The position numbers were made by a program, and so were the translations under genes. A stretch of DNA of 64,000 bases. Origin: the human T2T-CHM13v2.0 reference genome, Homo sapiens. The notes below the pieces were generated by a model. That model did not search any database and was not told the DNA's origin. It saw nothing but the letters and a program-made list of their open reading frames with translations. The stretch lies in the NCBI RefSeq assembly GCF_009914755.1, contig NC_060930.1; one strand, written 5' to 3'. Below are positions 14,461 to 26,075 of the stretch, one piece after another (within the stretch, counting starts at the first letter, position 1; the number at the start of each line of letters is the position of its first letter).

Positions 14461-16043
14461 TCAATTTATTTGATTGCTTATTTAGAGATAATTTTGATTC
14501 CTATCAGAAGAAAACTGAGGTATCTTTATGTACCTTTTCAGGAATGACCACGTCTCACCTTACCTTGAATGTTACAAGAAATGCTGGCAGTGACTCAAGG
14601 CCAGGCAAAAATTTCAGAAAGGGTTTATCTTGTTTGTACAATTTTCTTTTGCAAAAATAAATGATTCTTGATATGATGTAAGGACTTTTTCCGTAGATAG
14701 AACCTATAAAATGCAGAACTTTGGGGCAGTAATTATATGAATGAATTGCTACTTTAAAATTCTGTAAGTCCCCAGGAATTTCCATATGCTTTTTTTTGTT
14801 TGTTTCAGTGGTTGTGATCAGGCTAATGGGTAGTTTTTAGAGCTGAAAAGAACTTAAAGATCATCTAGTGCACCTTTTTGTTTTTCAGTTGGATTGTTCT
14901 TGTCCAAATCACTAAGCTAAGTTAACTGCTCAGACAGGAAACCAAGTCTCCTGACCCATGGTTTAATGCTCCTTTCATTGTTATGCGTCTGCCTGGCTGA
15001 CCTGTTAGTAACATAAAGTGTCATGAGAGATAGACATATGCATGAGTAAGATATTAATATCCCATAAACCAAAACTGTGACTTAGGAAATGTTACGGTGG
15101 GCACAGGATATTACTCCTCTTCAACAAAAACATCAATCATATGTTGGCTTAGTTGCACAGCAGAAGTACCAAAATAAATTTATATAGACGGTGTCACAGA
15201 TACTTTAAAAAGACCTACTTAAGATTTAATTACCTAATATTATTTAATATTTAATATAATTTAAAAGGGGCATTTTTATCTTTCAGCCAAGGTTTTAATT
15301 GTTTTTAGATAATTCTATTTTTGAAAGTCTGATTTTGTTTTAAAATGCCCATTCTGGTATATAAAAACATCATTTTGTCAAATAGGAGTCCCAGCTAAGG
15401 GCCAAGCGTGCAATTAAACTTGACTCTTTACCTACTACCTAGGAACCTTGGGCAGATCACATACTTTTTCTTCACTCAGTTTTTACTTCTGAAAAATGCC
15501 AGCTGAAGTATGTTTCAAATCTTAAATTTTATGTTTTATGATCTAAGTTCAGATTAACAATGGAATGGTTAGAATCCAAAGCTAAAGGTAGTATATACAA
15601 GTGTATATTGGGGGTTGGGAGCAACTGCCGCAGCTATCATATTTACATTTCAAGCTCAATTTAGAACAACTGCGGGCAACTGTAAAAACCGGTAGGAATG
15701 GGCAGAGTTATTGTCTTCACTAGTCATTGTGGAAAGTGAATCTCTTCTGAATGGAGAGTCACAAAAATGAGTTTGATGCTTTCATGATAGTGAAATGAGA
15801 AGATGGCCATATATTGCTATAAATCACCAGCAACATAAAAGAAAAAATTCAAAAATCAAGTTTGTTGAGGCAGGACTCTGAAAAGATAACTAAGCTTTTT
15901 TTTTTTTTTTTTTCTGTTAGAGATGTAATAATCATGACTAAGACTGGAATCCCAAGAGCTGGTGAGACTTTCTAGTTTCTGCCTTGTGGAAAGAGAAAGG
16001 AAGAGGCCAAAAAAGATAATGAATTTTGGAAAGTTCCTGATTA

Positions 16044-16663
<620 letters not shown>

Positions 16664-16884
16664 AAAGAAATGTTCTGGTCATGCCTGGAGATAATACATG
16701 GTTTAGTTTATGCTTGATTCAGCAAATAAAAATTGGTGAGGAACATACAGAATTATATTTAGGTGATTATATTTTTTATATTTTATATATAAAATTTATA
16801 TTTTTTATATTTTAGGTGATTATATTTTTAAACGCTTGCTTTACAAGACTAATCATTATTACTTTTTTAAGTTTTGTGATATAT

Positions 16885-17062
16885 TTTATTTAACTAATAT
16901 ACCCCAAATAGTATTTCAATACAGAATCAACATTTAAAAATTATTGATACATTATGTATGTTTTTTTCCTTCACTAAGACTTCCAAATCCTCCAAGTGTT
17001 TCACACTTACATCTTATTTTGGACCAGCCAGATTTTAGTGCTCATTTGACCATGTGATCTGT
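16885..17062. mobile_element. MER33-like hAT-Charlie fragment
   Basis: Resembles the recalled MER33 consensus (TTTTATTTAAC...TTTCAA...CACTTACA...TGGAC.AGCCA). Confidence 0.55.
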
Positions 17063-19117
17063 GCTTAAGGAGGCTGCTGGAGCTGAGGCTGGGCTGCAGT
17101 ACCAACATAGAAGTCTTTATCTGTCAAACCAGGAGTTTGAGATCCCTGAGGGATATGGGAACCATAAAGGATCTTAAGCAGAGAAGTGACTTTCTTAATT
17201 TTGAACCTATCCTGGTGTTCTCATAGATTAGAGGAGAGAGATTTAGGAGTGAGGGATCAAGCAAGAAGGTGGCTCCACATTGTTTTCCATAGTAGTTGTA
17301 CTAGTTTACATTCCCACCAGCAGTATAGAAATGTTCGCTTTTCACTACATCCACACCAACGTCTATTATGTTTTGATTTTTTGAAAATGGCCATTCTTGT
17401 GGGAGTAAGGTGGTATTGCATTGTGGTTTTGAGTTGCATTTCCCTGATCTTTGGTGATGTTGAGTATTTTTTCATATGTTTGTTGGCCACTTTGTATCTT
17501 CTTTTGAGAACTGTCTATTCATGTCCTTAGCCCACTTTTTGATGGGATTGTTTGTTTTTTTTCTTGCTAATTTGTTTGAGTTCCTTGTAGATTCTGGATC
17601 TTAATCCTTTGTTAGATGTATAGATTATGTCTCCTTCTCTGTGGGTTGTTTGTTTACTCTGCTGCTGCTCCTTTTGTGCAAAAGCTCTTTAGTTTAACTA
17701 AGTCCCACTTATTTATCTTTGTTTTTGTTGCATTTGCTTTTGGGTTTTTGGTCATAAAATCCTTGCCTAAGCCCATGTCTAGAAGGGTTTTTCTGACGTT
17801 AACTTCTAGAATTTTATGGTTCCAGGTCTTAGATTTAAGTCCTTGATCCATCTTGAGTTGATTTTTGTGTAAAGTGAGAGATGAAGATCCAGCTGCATTC
17901 TCCTACATGTGGTTTGGCAATTATCCCAGTACCATTTGTTGAATAGGGTGTCCTTTCCCCACTTTATGTTTTTGTTGGCTTTGGCAAAGAGCAGTTGGCT
18001 GTAAGTATTTGGGTTTATTTCTCGGTTCTCTACTCTGTTCCTTTGGTCTACATGCCTATTTTTATACCAGTACCATGCTGTTTCGGTGACTATGGCCTTA
18101 TAGTATAGTTTGAAATCAGGTAATGTGATGCCTCCAGATTTGTTCTTTTTGCTTAGTCTTACTTTGGCTATGTGGGCTCTTTTTTGGTTCCATATTAATT
18201 TTAGGATTTTTTTTCTAGTTCTGTGAAGAATGATGGTGGTATTTTGATGGGAATTGCATTGAAGTTGTAGATTGCTTTTGGCAGTATGATCATTTTCACA
18301 ATATTGATTCTACTCATCCATGAGCATGAGATGTGTTTCCATTTGTTTGTGTCATCTATGATTTATTTCTTTGAGAGGTGTTTTGTAGTTTTCTTTGTAG
18401 AGGTCCTTCACCTTCTTGGTTAGTTTTTGTTTTTTTTGGTTTTTTTTTTTTTTGCAACTATTGTGAAAAGGAGTGAGTTCTTGATTTGATTCTCACCTTG
18501 GTTGCTGCTGTTGGTGTATAGCAGAGCTACTGATTTGTGTACATTAATTTTGTATCCTGAAACTCTGCTGAATTCATTAATCAGTTCTAGGAGCTTTTTG
18601 GGGGAGTCTTTAGGGTTTTCTAGTTATAAAATCATATCATCAGCAAACAGCGACAGTTTGAATTCCTCTTTACTAATTTGGATGTCCTTTATTTCTTTCT
18701 CTTGTCTGCTCCGGCTAGGACTTCTGGTACTGTGTTGAATAGTGAGAGTGGGCATCTTTGTTTTGTTCCAGTTCTCAGAGGAAATGCTTTCAACTTTTCC
18801 CCATTCAGTATTATGTTGGCTGTGGGTTTATCATAGATGCCTTTTATTACAGTGAGGTACCTTGTATACCGATTTTGCTGAAGGTTTTAATCATAAAGGG
18901 ATGCTGGATTTTGTCAAATGCTTTTTCTGTATCTATTGCGATTATTGCGATGGTCATGCGATTTTTGTTTTTAATTTTGTTCAGGTGGTGTGTCACATTT
19001 ATTGACTTGCATATGTTAAACCATCCCTGCATCCCTGGTATGAAACCCACTTGATCATTGTGGATTATCTTTTTGATATGCTGTTTGATTTGGTTAGCTA
19101 GTATTTCGTTAAGGATA

Positions 19118-19403
19118 TTTTTTTGAGATGGAGTTTTGCTCTTGTTGCCCAGGCTGGAGTGTAGTGGCACTGCAACTTCCACTTTCTGGTTTCCAGCGAT
19201 TCTCCTGCCTCAGCTCCCTGAGTCGCTAGGATTACAGGCACCTGCCACCACACCCAGCTAATTTTTGTATTTTTAGTAGAGATAGGGTTTCGCTATGTTG
19301 GCCAGGCGGGTCTTGAACTCCTGACCTCGTGATCCACCTGCCTTGGCCTCTCAAAGGACTCTCAAAGTGTTGGGATTACAGGCGTGAGCCACAGCGCCCG
19401 GCC
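19118..19403 (-). mobile_element. AluS inside L1PB ORF2
   Basis: Antisense Alu with a small internal deletion and a CTCTCAAAG duplication. Confidence 0.88.
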
Positions 19404-21689
19404 AGATTTTTGCATCTATGTTCATTAGGAATATTGGCCTGTAGGTTTCTTTTTTTGTTTTGTTCTTTCTTGGTTTTGGTACAAGGGTGATACTGGCTTC
19501 ATCGAATGATTTAGGGAGGATTCCCTCTTTCTTCATCTTGTGGAATAGTGTCAATAGGATTGGTACCAATTCTTCTTTGAGTGTCTGGTAGAATTCAGCT
19601 GTGAATTCATCTGGTCCTGGACTTTTTGTGTTGTTGGTAATTTTTAAATTACCATTTCAATCTTGCTGCTTGTTATTGGCCTGTTCAGGATTTCTAATTC
19701 TTCCTGACTTAAGCTAGGAGGTTTGTATCTTTCCAGGAATTTACCTATCTCTTCTAGGTTTTCTAGTTTATGTGTGTAAAGGTGTTCATAGTAGCCTTGA
19801 ATGATCTTTTGTATTTCTGTGGGGTTGGTTGTAATATCTCCTGTTTGTTTCTAATTGAGCTTATTTGGACCTTCTCTCTTCTTTTCTTGGTTAATCTTGC
19901 TAATGGTCTATCAATTTCATTTATCTTTTCAAATAACCAGCTTCTTTTTGTTTCATTTATCTTTTGTATTTTTTTTTCAATTTCCTTTAGCTCTGCTCTG
20001 ATCTTGGTATTTTCTTTCTTCTGCTGGCTTTGGGTTTCGTTTGTTTTTATTTCTGTAGTTCCTTGATTTGTGACCTTAGATTGTCTATTTGTGCTCTTTC
20101 AGAGTTTTTGAGTAGGCATTTAAGGCTGTGAACTTTCCTCTTCGCATTGCTTTTGCTGTATCCCAGAGGTTTGGATGGTTGTGTCACTATTATTGTTCAA
20201 TTCGAAGAATTTTAAAATTTTCATCTTGATTTCATTGTTGACCCAATGTTCATTCAGGAGCAGGTTATTTCACTTCCATGTATTTGCATGTTTTGGAAGG
20301 TTCCTTTTGGAGTCGATTTCCAGTTTTATTCCACTGTGGACTGAGAGAGTAGTTGACATAGTTTTAATTTTCTTAGTTTTTTTGACACTTGTTTGTGGCA
20401 TATCATATGGTCTATCCTAGAGAAAGTTGCATACGCTGATGAATAGAATGTATATTCTGTGGTTGTTGGGTAGAATGTTATGTAAAGATCTGTTAAGTCC
20501 ATTTGTTCCAGGGTACAATTTAAATCCATTGTTTCTTTGTTGACTTTCTGTCTTGATGACCTGTCTAGTATTGTCAGTGGAGTATTGAAGTCCCCCACTA
20601 TTATTGTATTGCTGTCTGTCTCATTACTTAGGTGTAGTAGTAATTGTTCTATACATTTGGGAGTTCCAGTGTTAGGTGCATATATATTTAGGATTATGGT
20701 ATTTTCCTTTTGGACAAGGCCTTTTATCATTATATAATGCTCTTCTTTGTCTTTTTTAACTGCTGTTGTTTTAAAGTTTGTTTTGTCTGATATAAGAATA
20801 GCTACTCCTACTTGCTTTTGGTGTCCATTTGCATGGAATGTCTTTTTCCACACCCTTACCTTAAGTTTATGTGAGTCCTTATGTGTTAGGTGAGTTTCTT
20901 GAAGGCAGCAGATACTTGGTTGGTGATTGCTTATCCATTCTGCAATTCTGTATCTTTTAAGTGGAGCATTTAGGCTATTTAAATTCAATGTTAGTATTGA
21001 GATGTGAGGTACTATTCTGTTCATCATGCCATTTGTTGCCTGTATACCTTGGATTTTTTTTAGTAGTATTTTTGTTTTATACCTCCAATGAGATTTACAC
21101 ATTAAGGAGGTTCTGTTTTGATGTGTTTCCAGCATTTGTTTCAAGATTTGGAGCTCCTTTTAGCAGTTCGTGTAGTCATGTAGTGCTGGCTTGGTAGTGG
21201 CGAATTCTCTTAGCGTTGTTTTTATCTGAAAAAGACTGTATCTGTCCTTCATTTAAGAAGCTTAGTTTTGCTGGATACAAAATTCTTGGCTGCTAATTGT
21301 TTTCTTTAAAGAAGCTGAAGATAGGGCCCCAATCCCTTCTAGTTTATAGGGTTTCTGCTGAGAAATCTGTTAACTTGATGGGTTTTCCTTTATAGGTTAC
21401 CTGGTGCTTTTGCCTCACAGCTCTTAAGATTATTTTTCTTATCTTAACTTTAGATAACCTTATGACAATGTGCCTAGGCAATGATCTTTTTGTGATGAAT
21501 TTTTCAGGTGTTATTTGAGCTTCTTGTATTTGGATGTCTAGGTCTCTAATAAGGCTAAGGAAGTTTTCCTCAATTATCCCCCCAAATATGTTTTCCAAAC
21601 TTTTAGATTTCTCTTCTTTCTCAGGAACACCAATTATTCTTAGGTTTGGTTGTTTAATTCTGTCCCAAACTTCTTGGAGGTTTTGTTCA

Positions 21690-23424
21690 TTTTTTTTTTT
21701 TTTCTTTTCTTTTTTTTTTTTAATTGATCATTCTTGGGTGTTTCTCGCAGAGGGGGATTTGGCAGGATCACAGGACAATAGTGGAGGGAAGGTCAGCAGA
21801 TAAACAAGTGCACAAAGGTCTCTGGTTTTCCTAGGCAGAGGACCCTGCGGCCTTCTGCAGTTTTTGTGTCCCTGGGTACTTGAGATTAGGGAGTGGTGAT
21901 GACTCTTAACGAGCATGCTGCCTTCAAGCATCTGTTTAACAAAGCACATCTTGCACCGCCCTTAATCCATTCAACCCTGAGTGGATACACCACATGTTTC
22001 AGAGAGCACAGGGTTGGGGGTAAGGTCACAGATCAACAGGATCCCAAGGCAGAAGAATTTTTCTTAGTACAGAACAAAATGAAAAGTCTCCCACGTCTAC
22101 CTCTTTCTACACAGACACGGCAACCATCCGATTTCTCAATCTTTTCCCCACCTTTCCCCCCTTTCTATTCCACAAAACTGCCATTGTCATCATGGCCCGT
22201 TCTCAATGAGCTGTTGGGCACACCTCCCAGACGGGGTGGTGGCCGGGCAGAGCGGCTCCTCACTTCCCAGTAGGGGCGGCCGGGCAGAGGCGCCCCTCAC
22301 CTCCCGGACGGGGCGGCTGGCCGGGCGGGGGGCTGAACCCCCACCTCCCTCCCGGACGGGGCGGCTGGCCGGGTTGGGGGCTGACCCCCCCACCTCCCTC
22401 CCGGACGGGGCGGCTGGCCGGGCGGGGGGCTGACCCCCCCGCCTCCCTCCCGGACGGGGCGGCTGGCCGGGCAGAGGGGCTCCTCACTTCCCAGTAGGGG
22501 CAGCTGGGCAGAGGCGCCCCTCACCTCCCGGACTGGGCAGCTGGCCAGGCGGGGGGCTGAACCCCCACCTCCCTCCCGGACGGGGCGGCTGGCCGGGCGG
22601 GGGGCTGACCCCCCCACCTCCCTCCCGGACGGGGCGGCTGGCCAGGCGGGGGGCTGACCCCCCCACCTCCTTCCCGGACGGGGCGGCTGGCCGGGCAGAG
22701 GGGCTCCTCACTTCCCAGTAGGGGCGGCTGGGCAGAGGCGCCCCTCACCTCCCGGACTGGGCAGCTGGCCAGGCGGGGGGCTGACCCCCCCACCTCCCTC
22801 CCGGACGGGGCGGCTGGCCGGGCGGGGGGCTGACCCCCCCACCTCCCTCCCGGACGGGGCGGCTGGCCGGGCGGGGAGCTGACCCCCCCACCTCCCTCCC
22901 GGACGGGGTGGCTGCCGGGCGGAGACGCTCCTCACTTCCCAGACGGGGTGGCTGCCGGGCTGAGGGGCTCCTCACTTCTCAGACAGGGCGGTTGCCAGGC
23001 AGAGGGTCTCCTCACTTCTCAGACGGGGCGGCCCGGCAGAGACGCTCCTCACATCCCGGACGGGGCGGCAGGGCAGAGGCGCTCCCCACATCTCAGACGA
23101 TGGGCGGCAGGGCAGAGACGCTCCTCACTTCCTAGATGGGATGGCGGCCGGGAAGAGGCGCTCCTCACTTCCTAGATGGGATGGCGGCTGGGCAGAGACA
23201 CTCCTCACTTTCCAGACTGGGCAGCCAGGCAGAGGGGCTCCTCACATCCCAGACGATGGCGGCCAGGCAGAGACGCTCCTCACTTCCCAGACGGGGTGGC
23301 CCCGGGCAGAGGCTGCAATCTCGGCACTTTGGGAGGCCAAGGCAGGCTGCTGGGAGGTGGAGGTTGTAGCGAGCTGAGATCACGCCACTGCACTCCAGCC
23401 TGGGCACCATTGAGCACTGAGTGC
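21690..23424 (-). mobile_element. SVA retrotransposon (SVA_D-like), 5'-truncated within the Alu-like domain, no CCCTCT hexamer
   Basis: Poly-T, SINE-R (~21722-22215), GC-rich VNTR (~22220-23300) and partial Alu-like domain. TSD GGTTTTGTTCATTTTTT at 21679-21695 and 23425-23441, giving a canonical TT/AAAA site on the - strand. Confidence 0.96.
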
Positions 23425-25849
23425 GGTTTTGTTCATTTTTTAAATTCTTTTTTCTTTGTCTTTGTTGGATTGAGTTAATTTGAAAACCTTGTCTTTGAGC
23501 TCTGAAGTTCTTTCTTATGCTTGTTTTATTCTATTGCTGAGACTTTCAAGAACATTTTGCATTTCTCTAAGTGTGTCCTTCATTTCCTGAAGTTGTGATT
23601 GTTTTTTATTTATACTAACTATTTCACTGAAGATTTCTCCCCTCATTTCTTGTATCATTTTTTTGACTTCCTTAAATTGGACTTCACCTTTCTCTGGTGC
23701 CTCCTTAATTAGCTTAACAATCGACCTTCTGAATTCTTTTTCAGGTGACTCAGGGATTTCTTCTTGGCTTGGATCCATTGCTGGTGAGCTAGTGTGATTT
23801 TTTGAGGGGTATTAAAGAACCTTGTTTTGTCGTATTACTGGGATTGTTTTTCTGGTTCCTTCTCATTTGGTAGGCTATGTCTGAGGGAAGTACTAGGGCT
23901 CAAGGCTGCTGTTCAGATTCTTTTGTCCCACAGGTTGTTTTCTTGATGTAGTACTCTCCCCCTTTTCTTAGAGATGTGGCTTCCTGGGAACCGACCTGTA
24001 GTGACTGTTATTTCTCTTCTGGATCTAGCCATTCAGCAGGGCTACCAGGCTCCAGGCTAGTACTGGGGGCTGTCTGCTCAGAGTCCTGTGCTATGGGCTG
24101 TTTTCAGGTCTCACAGCGTTGGATTCCAGCACCTGCTCTGATAGAGGTGGCAGGGGAGTGAAATGGACTCTGCAGGGGTCCTTAGCTTTTGTTGTTTAAT
24201 GCACTATTTTTGTGCTGGTTGGCCTCCTGCCAGGAGGTGGCACTTTCAAGACAGCGTCAGCTGTGGTAGTATAGGGAGGATCAGGCAGTGGCCAGGGCCT
24301 TAGAACTCCCAAGAGTATATGACCTTTGCCTTCAGCTACCAGGATGGATAGGGAATGACCATCAGGTGGGGCAAGGCTAGGACTGTCTGAGCTCAGACTC
24401 TCCTCGGGTGAGTCTTGCTGAGGCTGTGCTGTGGGGCAGGGGGGTGAGGTTCCCAGGTCAATGGAGTTATGTTCCCAGAGGATTATGGCTGCCTCTGCTG
24501 CGTCATGCAGGCTGTCAGGAATGTGGGGGAAAGCCGGCAGTTACAGGCCTCACCCAGCTCCCTTGCAACCCCCAAAACCGGTCTCACTCCTGTGCCCTAC
24601 CAACAGCATCAAGTTTGTTTGCAGGCAGCGGATGAGCAAGGCTAAGAACTTGCCGCAGGCTACCAGCCTCCCAGCAAAGAATGTAAGTAGGGCTTTCATG
24701 CCTCCCTTCCTGTTGAATCTGTACACCAAATTCACTCCCTCCCCCAAGTTCTGGCCAGGTGACTTCATGTTTGGTTGGAATTGTTACAAAGTTCAGCTGG
24801 AGGTTTCCTTCTCGCTGTGGTCTTTTCCCAGTTCCTCTGGCCACCCTCCCCAAGGACCCCTGTGAGACAAGGTAGAAATGGCTTATTAGGGGACCCAGAG
24901 AGCCCACAGGGCTTTTCCCCTTGCTTTCTCTACCCTTTATTTCACTCAGCTGTCTAATTAAATCAGCTCCAGGTAAGTTCATATCCTTCTCCCATGATCT
25001 GGAGCTGCAGATTCCCCAGTGAGGGTGTGTGTTCGGGGGTGGGCTATCCCCCTTTCCTACTTTCACAGCTTGGGCACTCACAGTATTTGGGGTGTCTCCT
25101 GGGTCCTGTAGGAGCAAACTGCTTCCTTCACAGGGTCTGTGGATTCTCTTGGCTTTCCTGGTATATTCCTGCAGTAGTTCTGGAGCAGAAGTTTATGGTG
25201 TGAGTTTCCACACACTGCTCTGTTCATCCAAGTGAGAGCTGCAATCTAGTCCTGCCTCCTTTCCACCATTTTTTGGCCTTGACGTATTACATTTATTTTA
25301 TGTTTGAAGTTTTGGCAGTTTTATTTTGAAAATTTTACATAACAAATGCCAAGCCAAATCCAAACTTCTTGGCCTAAATCATTTACAGATAACCTTTACT
25401 GAGCATTTACTACATGAAGGTGTTGTTGACACAGGGGATTTAAGATGTGATCACTGACCACAACATCCAGGCAACCTAAAAGTGAAAAGAGGTCATTCAC
25501 AAAAAATAGGACCAAACTTCCTCCATTCCTCAAGGGACCTAGGACTGGAGTTGGCCTAAAAATTCCTGCTGTATCACCTCACCCACCAGTTTTGATCTTG
25601 CTCTCAGGGATCAAGGAAGCTCAAGGTTTCTGGCCCTTTTGGCTCATGTTCTTGGAGGTATATTCTATTGTCAAGTTAAAGTCGTACCCATCCTAGATCT
25701 ATTTCTCTCTCTTTGTGGTTCCAGTCTCATAGAAAACATAACTATGTGAAAACACCAACTACCCCATAAAGCTATTCTGAGACTCAAAGACATGAACTCT
25801 ATTTTGATAATCACAAATTGATGTATAGATGTCAGATATCATTCATGTA

Positions 25850-26075
25850 TTATGTAGCATTGTGGTTTAAGTCTTAGCTGTTGGAATCAGACTACTTGCA
25901 TTCAAATTTTAGCTCTGTTGATAGGTGTGTAACCTTGAACAAGATACGTAACCTCTTCAGACCTTTGTCTCTTTGTTTGTCAAATAACGACAATAATAAT
26001 ACTAACTTAGTAAGTATGTATAAGGAGGCATGTAAAGCTTCTATTGTATTTGGCTTATGGTGAGCCCTTCATATA
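25850..26075 (+). mobile_element. MIR
   Basis: MIR-like head and core (GGAATCAGAC...TTCAAAT...TGTGTAACCTTGAACAAG). Confidence 0.6.

Larger units (their letters stand above)
17273..25278 (-). mobile_element. Near-full-length L1PB (L1PB1/L1PBa): 5'UTR, ORF1 and most of ORF2; 3' end missing
   Basis: 5'UTR begins AAAATGGTGGAAAGGAGGCAGGACTAGATTGCAGCTC on the - strand. ORF1 peptides at 23515-23778 and 21344-21598, ORF2 EN at 20326-21144, and RT/C-terminal fragments down to 17273. Confidence 0.9.

Noticed and set aside
20326-21144. 272-aa ORF with an APE-like endonuclease domain
   Set aside because: Remnant of L1PB ORF2; the rest of ORF2 is broken by stops, frameshifts and an Alu.
21728-23478. Dense cluster of Pro/Gly/Arg-rich ORFs on both strands
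   Set aside because: Translations of the stop-poor, GC-rich SVA VNTR/SINE-R, not genes.
24408-25235. Several 70-177 aa ORFs
   Set aside because: Lie in the GC-richer L1PB 5'UTR with no recognisable protein motifs.
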